Positions 25,901-34,609 of a stretch of DNA of 43,136 bases are shown here, one piece after another; the stretch's first letter is position 1; each line of letters begins with the position of its first letter. The stretch covers positions 1-43,136 of the IMG/VR virus record IMGVR_UViG_3300026484_000486. One strand, given 5' to 3'. The notes beneath the pieces were generated by a model. It was not told the origin of the DNA. It worked only from the letters and a program-made list of their open reading frames with translations, and did no database searches. The position numbers were made by a program, and so were the translations under genes. This DNA is from a virus. Taxonomy: Duplodnaviria > Caudoviricetes.

Positions 25901-28900
25901 TCTTCTCGGCACCCTCTGCTTGATGCGATTGCATTTTAAAAGGTTTTCCTCTAAAGCTTTTAGGTATATCACGAAGCAGAATTCCTGTCATAGCAGGGCG
26001 AACATAAAAGTTTGAATGACGATTATACTCATCTGTAAGCATCTCAGAAAGACCCTCTTTTTCTATGAAACGCATTACATCAGGTATAAGAACTTCGTTT
26101 AACTGCTTCTCTGCGTCCATTGTTCTTTGTATATTTTCTGAATCACTCTCATCCTTGCCTTTTGGTGCAAGTGCCATTTTATTCAAGTATCTGTTATAAA
26201 GTTCTACTCGATCATATTTGCCATCAAATACTTCAGGGTTTACACTAAGCTCCCCTGTCTGCTTTTTAAGGAGCTTACTTTTTATAGCTTGAGGAAGCCA
26301 ACTCTCTCCACCTTTTACTTTTATTGATTTGAAGGGTATCGGAGTAGGGATTATCTCTTTTAGTTTTTTATGTTGAGCCTCATAGGCTTTTTTGCTTATA
26401 GTGCCAGCCTCATGCATTATTTTTAATGATTCAAGTTTTTTATATACATTTCCTGCATAGTACATAAATGCAAGTTGCACTTCATTTTCTGCATTTCTTA
26501 CAAACAACCCTTTGTCTTCAAGCTCTTCTATCTCTTTAGCGCTTAAAAATTCATACCCTTTTGATGTGTCGATAATACTGTCACTATTTGAGTAGAACAA
26601 TGCTCTGTCAATCAGCGGACTTTTTTCATCTATTTTTAATTTTCCACTGTCTTTAAATCGTGTCTTCTCACCATATATAGGAGCAGGGTTAAAATCTTTA
26701 TCAAAGTAGCTCATATACTCTTTGAGTTTTATCTCTGCTCTATGGTTTTTCATAAACTTCTTAAAAGCCAAATCATTATGTGGAGACTTCTCATATATTG
26801 CCTTGTAAGACTCTATCTCTTTAAGCGCAGTATTTAGTAAATTCTTATCTTCTTGCTTAACGGCATCTTCAGTAAGTGTCATTATTCTATTTAAGTGAAG
26901 TGCTTTATTTGTATTTACACCGCGTAATATCTCTCCAAACATAGCTTCTTGATCGCTCTCTTGAAATTTAGCTTCTTTGTCAAAATATATAAATGTATCA
27001 GCATTTATCTCACTATGAGGTTTTATTGTATCTACTATCTTAAATATATAACCATTATTTTTTGCATACTCTGTTGCATCTTCAAAGTTTATAAAGTAGT
27101 TCTCCTCTTTTTTGCTCTTTTTGAGTTTTTTGTAAGGCTCATAACTCAGTTTGATATTTTCAAATTTTGGCTCACCCTTTACTATCCATCCCTCTTTACC
27201 CATTTTTGTTTTATCTTTTCCTATGACAACTTCATCGCCTAGAAGATTTTCAGGATGCGCTATAAAATATTCATTCATAGCATAACCGTTCTTTGAGCCT
27301 ATATTTACAAACTGATTATTAACATCTGCCTGTCTTGACTCTACACCTGCAGGACGCTTTTGAATAAAGATAATATCTATCATTGTATCTGTATGTGCAT
27401 TCTTAGCTTGTGATTTTTCAGGAAGTCTAAATGCGCCTATCAGATCACCTCTGTCCATAAGATACTTTCTTAAAACTTTTGCAGTAGTTGTTCCATCCAT
27501 TGTGCCAGTACTTGTCATAAATGCTATGACGCCATTGTCTTTTACTTTATCTATCGCATGAGCAAAATAAAAATTATGTATTGCTTTAAATGCAGGTTTT
27601 ATTGTCATAGCATGCTCACGCATTAACATTTGCTCACTTGCAAACGGAACATTAGAGATTATAAGGTCGTAGTTTTTACCTTTAAATGTTTCAAAAGTCT
27701 CAGTATGAAAGTTTTTTATTTGTGGATAGAGTCTTTTTGTAACCTCTATATTATTCTTGTCTATATCTACAACATCCCATGAAACATCAGGATTAAAACC
27801 AACAAAGTTACCACTTCCAACGGCAGGCTCTAAAGATTTATCCATAACTACACCTGCTTTTTTGAGTGCATTGTACATAGCTTTTACTGTGGCATAATTT
27901 GTATAGTGTTGATTTACGGAGTTTTCATTAACAGTGTCAAGCCCACCCTCTCCAGTGTAGTGACGAAGCATTTCTCTGTCGGCTTCTGTAATATCTTCAA
28001 GTGGTTTTTTTATAACTTCAAGCGCAGCTTTGTTAAACTTCTTTCGTTCACCTTTTGTAAGTTCAACAGGTGCTTTGCCCTCTAAGCTGTAGCTCTTTGT
28101 GTCATTGCTTGATGCATCATGTTTTGATAGAACTGTGTTTGCATGAGTTGATTGTTGCTCATTATGTTTATTTGTTTGAGTGGTTGCAAGTCCGTCCACT
28201 CGTTCATCTGCATTGGATAATTGAGTTTTATCGCTTCCATCTCCACGAGATCCTGCAGGTCGTTTATCGTCTGTTGGTACTTTTTTTCTGTCGTTTGTAT
28301 CATTGTTTTTGTCAAGTGTGCTTTGTTTTGAAGTTGATACTCCAGATTTATCACTTGCTCTGTTAGCATCCTCACTGTCCGTATCAACTGCTCTTGGTGT
28401 TTCATTATTTACTCCTTGCTTTGCATCATTCTTTATTATAGCACTATCTACCAAAGATTGTATATCTTTTGCAAATTTATTACTTGTAAGCTCACTGTCA
28501 TTTACAAAGTGATTATTTCCAGATTCTCCTGTTTTTCGATTTACAGTTCTGTATAACTGCCCATTGAGTATATTTCCATTGAGATAATATGTATCATAAT
28601 TTGCATCTTCACTCATTCCTGCATCATAGTTTAGATTGACATATATTCCTATGTCACTGTTTGGCTTATAGAGCTCAAAGCTCATAGATCCTCCTGCAGG
28701 TGCTAAGTTTTTATTGACTCCATTAAATGTTTTCTTTTTACCTTTATTATCAACTGCAAATTCATATCCTAGTATTTTAGAAAGTTGTGCAACATATTTT
28801 GCTACATCTTTTTGTATTGTTTTTGCAACAGTATTATGTGGATACTCATGGTTTATTCCATCAGTAGAGTAAACTTTTTTCGTATCAAATACTAATCTTT

Positions 28901-31463
28901 TATCATCCTTGCTATCGGGTACACTTCTATCACTCTCTTTTTCGCTTCTGCTTTTGTGTATCCCTTGCTCTGCAGTGTTTTGTAAAGCTCCATTATCTTC
29001 GGTCTGAGTCTGTTTAATTCCTGCCTCTGTTTTTGTTGTGCTGCTCTCTCTTTGTCCGAGTGTTCCATCCTCTTCTCCTTGTAAATGATTGTTTAAAACT
29101 TTTGCAAGTTCACTTAGCTCTGTCTCTTCAAGTGGATTAAGATTCCATCTTTGGCTTAATTCATCAAATCTTTTTACTTCATTTTCAAGATGCGGATCTC
29201 CTGCTTTGTGAAGTGCTTGCATAGCTCTGTCTGATAATTCACTAGGCTCACCGTTTTTTGCATCTGTTAATGCTGTAATAACATCAGAGTAGGGCGTAGT
29301 ATCGCTTACTATATCTTTTGCCCAAGTCGGTGTTACATATTGCGTACTGCCCTTTGTATCAAACAGCGCATTTTGTCCTTTTGATTCAAGTCCTGCAAGT
29401 GTTCCTTGTTCTGATTGTATTTTTTTTGTGTCAGTACTTAAAAAATCATAGGCTCTATTAATCTCAGAAGGATGATATTTATTTCTAAGATGTTCTTTGT
29501 CAAGCTCTGCAATATCTGCTTTATTATAACTTTTTAGTTCACTGTCTAAGCTTTTTTGTGTCATAAGCTTTTTCACATGCTCAGCCGTAGCATCTTCACT
29601 GCCACCAATTGGAACAACACTGACATTTTGCAACTCCTCAGCTCTTGCACTTAGTTTCTTTGGAATTTTCTTTTTCTTTTTATCACTATTTATAATTTCA
29701 TCACTTCCAAGCTCTTTGAGTCTTACAGTGTCTATTTTGCTTTCAGGCTTGATGTTTTTTGTACTATCTTCTCCTGGAAGAGGAACTTCACGCTTTTCTT
29801 GTTCTTCACTAGCTTTAGGTTGCATATCTTCAACGCCGCCTATTTCAGACTCCAACTCTTTAAAACCTTTATCTATTGCATTAAGCCCGTTATTGTCGCC
29901 TACATCAATACCGCTATCTTCTGCTTTTTTTACAACTTCTTCTTGCACCGCAAGATTATCAACAGCTTCTACGGGAACTTCTATGTCAGGATTGTTTATA
30001 ACTAAATTTTCAAATTTATTTTGGATATCTTTTACTTTTGCATCAAGTGAACTTTTAAAATCAGCATACTCTTTGTCATCAACAGTTATATTTTTACCTG
30101 CTCCAAGAAGTTGTTTATTGTAAGAATCTTGAACAAATGCCTCGCGCTGTGCATCTTTTTTTTCTTTCGTGTAGCTGTTAAATACTTCTGTCCCTGTTGC
30201 AGTTGCACCACTCATAGCAGCACCCATTACACCACCGGCAACAGCTCCCGAAACAGCACTCTCAACATAATCGCCAACACTGCTAAGACCGTGTTTTGTA
30301 TTTTGCTCTTCTCCAAATTGTTCAAGAGGATTTTGTATTCCTTCTGTTCCTCCCTCTTTAAGCACACCATCTTTTGCCTCTTTGGCAATAACTTTTAGAG
30401 TATCTTTGAGCGTACCGTCAAGTGCAGTTTTGCCGACTTTTTGAACGACATCTTCAGTAATTCCTTTTAAACCAAATCTATCAAGCATAACACTTCCCAT
30501 AACAGTAGGCATTACATTTGCATAATCACTTTTATTTGGAGTAGCTCTATTGTTATTTTTAGCTCTTTTCTCAGCACTCTCTTGCACTCTTGATGCAAAG
30601 TAAAGCGGCAGAGTCCCTACCATTTCAAGCATATCGGGAATACTTGCAACACCTTCACTTGCTGCATAGCTTCCAATTTCCTGCCAACTGTCGACATCAA
30701 AAACGCCTCCAGAACTAAAAGCTTTTTTAACCTCATTCCAATCGTGCGTAGGTTTTTTCGCATCATTTATCTGCAACCTATTTTTCTCATAAATGAAGTT
30801 GTTCAAGTTATCACTTGCTTTACTAAACCATTGAGTTTTTTTCTTTGCAAGCTCTTTTTGATCTTTTGTCTGCAATCCTAAATGTTCAAGAGGTGATGTT
30901 GTAAAAAAGTCGAGGAGTTTATATGTAGATTGAATTGCATTTGATGTAAGTTCGTTTGTTCTGTTTACAGCTCTTTTTCCTACTTCGCTCAGTATGTCCG
31001 CATCTGGATTTTCATACTTTTCTCCATCTCCAAATAGAAGCTTTTTGCTTTTTTGCAGAAGGCTTTTATCGTCTTCTTTAGTAATATCGACATCGCTTAT
31101 TGGTTTAGTAACTGTAGCATCTTCACTTATTACGCTTTGTGGGGGAATAGTCCCAAAGGTTTGTGACGGAGTTATCTCTTGTATTTGATCTATCTTGTTT
31201 TTACTCTGCACAACATTTCCATCTTCATCAACGCTTGGAGCTATAGGATCATTATTAACTGCAAATTTTGTAGTAGTATTTACACTTCCATCTGTCTGTG
31301 CAAGAAAAAAGTTATCTTTAATGAGGTTTTGTTTCTCTTGCGGAAGTTGTACAAAAGAATCATCTGCAAGTTCTTTATCAAAGTAATTATGTATGATTTT
31401 TTTTCTTTGTGGTTCATCAAGAGCTTGGAACTCTTTGTCTTTAAATATATCAAGTTGTGCCAA
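19965..31463 (-). CDS. Giant (3832 aa) polyvalent DarB-like protein: adenine MTase + SNF2 helicase + HExxH metallopeptidase-like + LPD38-like C-terminus; probable ejected internal virion protein
   Basis: MTase motif I EPAVGSGNF (~27804-27830) and motif IV NVPF (~27642-27653); Walker A APGGGKT (~25848-25868); DEVQ (~25335-25346); LTGTP; QRSNRGVRQGN; AHEMAH (~22995-23012); KIPRPYDIG (~20770-20797). Confidence 0.85.
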   Translation of the reverse strand: MAQLDIFKDKEFQALDEPQRKKIIHNYFDKELADDSFVQLPQEKQNLIKDNFFLAQTDGSVNTTTKFAVNNDPIAPSVDEDGNVVQSKNKIDQIQEITPSQTFGTIPPQSVISEDATVTKPISDVDITKEDDKSLLQKSKKLLFGDGEKYENPDADILSEVGKRAVNRTNELTSNAIQSTYKLLDFFTTSPLEHLGLQTKDQKELAKKKTQWFSKASDNLNNFIYEKNRLQINDAKKPTHDWNEVKKAFSSGGVFDVDSWQEIGSYAASEGVASIPDMLEMVGTLPLYFASRVQESAEKRAKNNNRATPNKSDYANVMPTVMGSVMLDRFGLKGITEDVVQKVGKTALDGTLKDTLKVIAKEAKDGVLKEGGTEGIQNPLEQFGEEQNTKHGLSSVGDYVESAVSGAVAGGVMGAAMSGATATGTEVFNSYTKEKKDAQREAFVQDSYNKQLLGAGKNITVDDKEYADFKSSLDAKVKDIQNKFENLVINNPDIEVPVEAVDNLAVQEEVVKKAEDSGIDVGDNNGLNAIDKGFKELESEIGGVEDMQPKASEEQEKREVPLPGEDSTKNIKPESKIDTVRLKELGSDEIINSDKKKKKIPKKLSARAEELQNVSVVPIGGSEDATAEHVKKLMTQKSLDSELKSYNKADIAELDKEHLRNKYHPSEINRAYDFLSTDTKKIQSEQGTLAGLESKGQNALFDTKGSTQYVTPTWAKDIVSDTTPYSDVITALTDAKNGEPSELSDRAMQALHKAGDPHLENEVKRFDELSQRWNLNPLEETELSELAKVLNNHLQGEEDGTLGQRESSTTKTEAGIKQTQTEDNGALQNTAEQGIHKSRSEKESDRSVPDSKDDKRLVFDTKKVYSTDGINHEYPHNTVAKTIQKDVAKYVAQLSKILGYEFAVDNKGKKKTFNGVNKNLAPAGGSMSFELYKPNSDIGIYVNLNYDAGMSEDANYDTYYLNGNILNGQLYRTVNRKTGESGNNHFVNDSELTSNKFAKDIQSLVDSAIIKNDAKQGVNNETPRAVDTDSEDANRASDKSGVSTSKQSTLDKNNDTNDRKKVPTDDKRPAGSRGDGSDKTQLSNADERVDGLATTQTNKHNEQQSTHANTVLSKHDASSNDTKSYSLEGKAPVELTKGERKKFNKAALEVIKKPLEDITEADREMLRHYTGEGGLDTVNENSVNQHYTNYATVKAMYNALKKAGVVMDKSLEPAVGSGNFVGFNPDVSWDVVDIDKNNIEVTKRLYPQIKNFHTETFETFKGKNYDLIISNVPFASEQMLMREHAMTIKPAFKAIHNFYFAHAIDKVKDNGVIAFMTSTGTMDGTTTAKVLRKYLMDRGDLIGAFRLPEKSQAKNAHTDTMIDIIFIQKRPAGVESRQADVNNQFVNIGSKNGYAMNEYFIAHPENLLGDEVVIGKDKTKMGKEGWIVKGEPKFENIKLSYEPYKKLKKSKKEENYFINFEDATEYAKNNGYIFKIVDTIKPHSEINADTFIYFDKEAKFQESDQEAMFGEILRGVNTNKALHLNRIMTLTEDAVKQEDKNLLNTALKEIESYKAIYEKSPHNDLAFKKFMKNHRAEIKLKEYMSYFDKDFNPAPIYGEKTRFKDSGKLKIDEKSPLIDRALFYSNSDSIIDTSKGYEFLSAKEIEELEDKGLFVRNAENEVQLAFMYYAGNVYKKLESLKIMHEAGTISKKAYEAQHKKLKEIIPTPIPFKSIKVKGGESWLPQAIKSKLLKKQTGELSVNPEVFDGKYDRVELYNRYLNKMALAPKGKDESDSENIQRTMDAEKQLNEVLIPDVMRFIEKEGLSEMLTDEYNRHSNFYVRPAMTGILLRDIPKSFRGKPFKMQSHQAEGAEKIVFNKKGVLAFAPGGGKTITAVVAVKNLLDQGVMKKPLFVVPVNTIAQWEDTIKELYPDASVFEFPKVKTGKNKGNAKEWTQLSKDEKEQMAFDLANNRYDFTIIGDTMFQKFGLPSEVLSDYVDDLVAQMIKAEDVEEGASKKKQKEIVSAENKRQALKNGLRAAYGGDVEFDFAKLGFDGLIADEVQYYKNIGMQGNDVKGGLGATVSIKYFSKSGKALTTKDIKEGAQPYSATLGSMRSYDFRFKSKYVSQHNNGNNVILLTGTPTPNKPLELYTLLQHLDENILKEYGIESSKDFVDTFYDIENYETTDSTGKIVKREGLASMKNLDWLSKILDRFVDYKGFESMPDLPRPKQIDVQHYLKLSKAGEVIFGDVQHRLLQAIEDGKKVKSGQELPENVEIPLVAMGAGRSASIDLRLYDVGKKGKSQLSPDDLAKLIEENEQSAENNKIEKTIELVSKQYKKNSNSGQIIFLDRLTVKNADGTTTSTHEEIRSKILASGLYDDNEVVFVNGGGFVNPNTGKVSKGSIKPDMLNKIMDMYNDGKIKVIIGNTSKLGVGVDLNKKTTDIYQLDIPFRPDEIEQRSNRGVRQGNENASVRVHQFFQLGTFDKRSYDIVIAKRGFNDIYGFTDNSDIDVEDGVSSISNTNTTDPYQAIIDLESDPFERERLRKQRVIDNAVVDANNLRNIVEKLKSDIEIKKGSIQNYKNAIDGIDENLKEKNLPKYENIKDAQEKAQKLQKHIDGLNERKAKYFNTIKEYEDEIKEIEAKLKEREKQQTDQIAQTKFITDEFTHDAKNVAIEKIKEAYTEQQILESENNDTSTEANTSFMRTPVVGKTLDATTELKIESKNNLKKSVLQETEATNSYARANGYDEAGVNYVPCYSFSGLPERPIGDVLYIGAKAIALPTIDEPMNADSIRVYMSDIIGNRLYDGKIKGKSALGIYKRDDSAIRVKNYSDVEIMAHEMAHYLDYFYKNPSKKAKGSFFRLAILKNKEEVKALSYTTDPKLSISEGFAEFIRLYLTNYNILESVAPNMLADFEAKLASDKTLHDKLTRLQEGMHQFYYQGSDVSLRSKQGGKLNKTAKKIERSQKEISRDIRQKVIDRLHTIKRIEAEIKGDVSGDAMDSAYKSLQLVNGVSSILHSTMNFGVPTVKENGDITYSGKSFNAVLEPVTSQGEERVRLFSDYLVAKRAKELMAQGRENLITKDEIEAGLQLEKQYPEFLDVFDDYQEFNNKMLDFYVDMNLITTSQRANFREMNKNYVPFNRVIESIQNGGVGSAAIGKRLTGGTHSLGNIMENILDGLEANIKEALISRGKTKFYEMLEKSNMGGVYATKISSADKLVKSDLQQQAKKVAQIMAELGVTVSKDGQILSGDMQSDLIVDVSEIEQNLLDNPAALEFWTHGHPPVGDGSSYIDSVIINDTRVYFETKDAALVDALTSFRGEQYNYAVQAMMSIKNIMTWNITNNPLFYLTNFTRDTVSAGVLSKNKFIPVYTSLKGMYHFISQSKVYKEFMASGAGYGTRRTSLGGESQAMEMLKVARGFNVLSRVISAMEYGADIFEYGTRVGDFELSKKAGKSNMQSAFEAREVSTDFAIKGSDRALSGFMATVPFMKAGIVGIDKTARRIFTISGEMKFSNAVKFKNQLGEIQRHKIKIYATGGMIVGFTLALWLQNRDDDRYKKLTRDEKLLYWHFFVGDKHIKIPRPYDIGFAFSAIPEIVADGIYTKHGKEAATDFMWSAKTMFSVGDVSGLFQPILEDMTNKNWTGAQIIPHYMQNLDDLSDQYFATTPLLYKEVGKATGASPIKMQHYVDGYLGLTAKMVEEATENMLWNKKAWGERPFARNPIEFLTYRFRGKPVDTRTKYTEKYYELMQKASAVKASFNKKKKEAFIDKGKNVKEYMSSKENQAYFVLDIMLKKVNRTLTKIKVGVETTKYDKKLSKAQKERMIKSAYDKKNEELQIITTQIEKQLKKIQEGK
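21947..21961 (-). other. Candidate parS site 4
   Basis: Exact 15-mer within the giant gene. Confidence 0.7.
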
Positions 31464-31491
31464 AACAGAGCCTTTATTTTATATAAAGACT

Positions 31492-31541
31492 ATATTAGCA
31501 AGTATAAACGTCTTAACTGTATGCTCTAAGCCGTATAGTTA
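31492..31541 (-). promoter_or_regulatory. Phage promoter motif copy: palindrome TAACTGTATG-N8-CGTATAGTTA with proximal half N13 from GC-TAATAT
   Basis: The minus strand reads TTAGAGCATACAGTTAA-N13-GCTAATAT upstream of the giant gene. Confidence 0.75.
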
Positions 31542-32495
31542 CTATTGATAATCTTTCCAAGACTGTTTTGGTTTATCTTGAACCTCTTGTTTTTGTTTTT
31601 TTAAGATGATTTTATTATCGTTTGTAAACTCATATAAATCTGGATTTTCATATACATGAATAGCCAAAGATGGCTCTAGGTTATATTTTTTAGATATCTT
31701 TGCAGCACCAGATACAGTATCTTGATACTCTTTTTTAACACTGTCATCAAAATTAAAGTTTGGTGCGTCCATACCCATGGCAGTTTTAACCTGTGCTGCT
31801 ATTTTAGAATCTACACTTGCATCATACTTAAAACCTCCGCCTGTTTTTTTATCCTTATTCAGTTTTGCCTGCATAGCAAGAAGTTTTCTTGCTGTATCTG
31901 CCTTCTCTTTTTGTGATTGCAGTTTTGCAGCTGTTGTATCTTTTGATGAGAAATATTTATCAATCTTTGCCATTGTTACACCATCTGCATTTTTAACAAG
32001 TTCAGGGTTCTTCTCTACAAATGTTTTCATATCTTTATATCCACCTGTAACTGAGCTCTCTATTGCAGTATCATTAAATTTAGACTGTGCGAGATCATCT
32101 TGCTTTTTAAAGTAGTCAAGAGCCTCTTTTTTTGCAGGAGCAGAAGCAAGGTCAAAACCTCCGATATTGTCTTCTTTAAGATGTGTCTCAAATGCATCTT
32201 TTGTTCTATATCTTGTATAGTCACTTGAAAATGCGTCATCGATGCTCTTTTGTGTTTTTGTATCATTGAGCGACGCAAGATTAAAATCCTGCACTTTCTG
32301 TTTTGTATTTTGAAGTTTTGTTTGTGCTCCAATAAGCGCTTCATTGGAACGAGCTTTATCCACCTTAAGCATGCTATCGCCTATCTTCGTAAAAGCATCA
32401 CCGAAGTTCTTAGCTGCACTTCCACTGCTGCTTGTCATTGGTAAAACATTTACACGATTTACATGTGTTGGTTTATACGCATCATACCATCCCAT
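31542..32495 (-). CDS. Putative internal virion/ejection protein
   Basis: Helical Lys/Ala/Gln-rich protein between the portal and the giant protein, as in podoviruses. Confidence 0.55.
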   Translation of the reverse strand: MGWYDAYKPTHVNRVNVLPMTSSSGSAAKNFGDAFTKIGDSMLKVDKARSNEALIGAQTKLQNTKQKVQDFNLASLNDTKTQKSIDDAFSSDYTRYRTKDAFETHLKEDNIGGFDLASAPAKKEALDYFKKQDDLAQSKFNDTAIESSVTGGYKDMKTFVEKNPELVKNADGVTMAKIDKYFSSKDTTAAKLQSQKEKADTARKLLAMQAKLNKDKKTGGGFKYDASVDSKIAAQVKTAMGMDAPNFNFDDSVKKEYQDTVSGAAKISKKYNLEPSLAIHVYENPDLYEFTNDNKIILKKQKQEVQDKPKQSWKDYQ

Positions 32496-32497
32496 TT

Positions 32498-34366
32498 TTA
32501 CACTCTCCTCATAGCATCAAGTTGATTTTTGTCCATCTTAGCCTGTACACTCTGCTTTGCAACAAGTGAATTACTAAAAGCTTTTTGAAGATCTATTTTA
32601 TTTTTATCTATCATCGCTTTTGCCTTTGTGTTGTTTAGATTTGCTTGTGACTGCTTAAGCATCATATTGAGACGATTGTTCTCGGCTTCAAGCTGTTGCT
32701 GTTGCTGTGCCTGTGGAGAATTTTGTTGCTGTGCATCTTTTTGTTCTATAATCTCTTTTATCTTTTTAGCACTAGGGGAATCACTGTCTTTGAGAATGTC
32801 AGGTATGAGATACTTCACAAGTTCTGGGTTTGTACTTTGCAGCACTTTTAAAAGCTCTACATTTTGTCTGAGTCTCTCTGCACTTGCACTATTGCTCTTT
32901 GGCTTCGCAGTAAATATTAGATCATATTTCCCTACATCAATGGCATTGTTAACGCGAGGTTTTAGCACTCCGCCATCAACACTGTCAAACGCAACACCGC
33001 CATGTTCATTTCTTATGACTTCATTCATTGTCACATAGTTCTGCATTAAATCTTCATCTATAATGCTCACGACTCTTTGTGTGTTGTAATATTGCTTTAT
33101 AAACTCTACAACTTTTTTAACTATCTTCTTTTGTAGATTATCGCTTGAACTCATAAATCTACTTAAACCGACAAGCCCCGTCTGTATTCTCTGCTCTTGT
33201 CCGACACCGCTCATTCTGTTGTTTGCAGTTCCTAGCAGCTCTTTATTTGAGTTTAGGAGTTCACTTATCTGGTTTCTTCCATCTATGATGATATTGAGTA
33301 TCTGTTGTATTTGAACATTTTGCTTAATATCTTTAATGCCGTTAATGTCTTCTACCATTACCGTGGCATTGTCCAGGCTCCACTCATCATTAAACTGCTC
33401 TATATCTTCATTGATTAAGGCACTTTTGTTTATGAGCGTTTTATTATTTGCAAGCATATTTTGCAGTCTAAGCTTTGCATAATTTATGTGATCTTGAATC
33501 GGCATTATATCTCTGTATAATCCCCAGTATTTTATCTTGCCTAAAAAGTCTCTATTTAAAAACTCAACCTCATAAGGAAAACCTTTGAAGTTAAAAGGCG
33601 ATTCATTTTGCAAAAGTATAGTAGAGTTACTCCAAAAACAATAGTAATATTTATCTTGCTTACTCTCTTCATCCCATTTTCTGTACCATGTGTAAGAGAG
33701 CAGTACTCTTTTTCTGTAATTCTCATCTGTAAGCAGATCATCATCAACCATATCACTCATATAATTAAGATTGGAACACTCTTCTATTTTCTCTTTGTCA
33801 AATCCAAGACCGAGCATATCTTCTCTGTCTATCCAAAAACAGCGAGTTAAGTAGCGGGCATCGTCATTATAATTTTTCCCTCGGGAAAACGGATCAAGAA
33901 AAGCTTCACTTGATGGTACATGATGAAGTTCTACATCTTTATGCTCTCTTCCAAACTCATCATATTCTCCTGTTGCTCCTATGCTAAGCTCTGCTATGCT
34001 CACACCTTCTAATGCAAGTTCCATATCAAGACTGTCAATTTGTTCTTGATAATCCCCAACCTGTGTAATTGCTTTGACAAGTGCATTAAGCATATCCGCA
34101 CCGGCTTTGTCTTGTTGCTGTCTTCCAAAAAGCCGAATGTCTATCTCACGCTCTTTTTTAAAACCGAGTATGGCATTATTGTGTTTTGCGATGTTGTTCT
34201 CATACTGCTCAGGCTGTCCGCGATTTGCAAGTATGTTTTTCACAGTAACATCAAGCTGATCACCGTTATAATACTCTCTTACTTTTTTTGAAAACTCTTT
34301 TGTTTTTTTAAAATGATTAGTGGACTCTCTAAGCCACTCTATTAAAAGAACTGTATCTTCAAACAT
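32498..34366 (-). CDS. Portal protein (P22-like)
   Basis: YYNGDQ...L..RGQP...N.I, DPFS...DARY, WGLYRDIMPIQDHIN, GKYDL, C-terminal Gln-rich barrel coiled coil. Confidence 0.9.
   Translation of the reverse strand: MFEDTVLLIEWLRESTNHFKKTKEFSKKVREYYNGDQLDVTVKNILANRGQPEQYENNIAKHNNAILGFKKEREIDIRLFGRQQQDKAGADMLNALVKAITQVGDYQEQIDSLDMELALEGVSIAELSIGATGEYDEFGREHKDVELHHVPSSEAFLDPFSRGKNYNDDARYLTRCFWIDREDMLGLGFDKEKIEECSNLNYMSDMVDDDLLTDENYRKRVLLSYTWYRKWDEESKQDKYYYCFWSNSTILLQNESPFNFKGFPYEVEFLNRDFLGKIKYWGLYRDIMPIQDHINYAKLRLQNMLANNKTLINKSALINEDIEQFNDEWSLDNATVMVEDINGIKDIKQNVQIQQILNIIIDGRNQISELLNSNKELLGTANNRMSGVGQEQRIQTGLVGLSRFMSSSDNLQKKIVKKVVEFIKQYYNTQRVVSIIDEDLMQNYVTMNEVIRNEHGGVAFDSVDGGVLKPRVNNAIDVGKYDLIFTAKPKSNSASAERLRQNVELLKVLQSTNPELVKYLIPDILKDSDSPSAKKIKEIIEQKDAQQQNSPQAQQQQQLEAENNRLNMMLKQSQANLNNTKAKAMIDKNKIDLQKAFSNSLVAKQSVQAKMDKNQLDAMRRV
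33874..33888 (-). other. Candidate parS site 5
   Basis: Exact 15-mer within the portal gene. Confidence 0.7.
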
Positions 34367-34607
34367 TGAGAGTGTCTTTCTTTTTCTTTTTGTTTGGATT
34401 CAAATCAGAATAGGAAAAAGCATCATCAAGATTGTCCTGTGCTTTGTTTTGTTTTGCAAGTGCTAAAGCATCTTGTTTTTTTGCATAGTTAAACTGATCT
34501 TGTAAGAGCTTGTTTCTTTTTTTACTTGTTTTGTACTGTCCCCATGCACTTGCAAGTGAACCTATCCCTTGTAGTGCTAAAGCTGAATCTTTGTTATCCC
34601 ATGCCAT
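34359..34607 (-). CDS. Small virion/ejection-like protein
   Basis: Hydrophobic Gly/Ala N-terminus (ALALQGIGSLASAWGQY) followed by a basic helix. Confidence 0.5.
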   Translation of the reverse strand: MAWDNKDSALALQGIGSLASAWGQYKTSKKRNKLLQDQFNYAKKQDALALAKQNKAQDNLDDAFSYSDLNPNKKKKKDTLNV

Positions 34608-34609
34608 TA

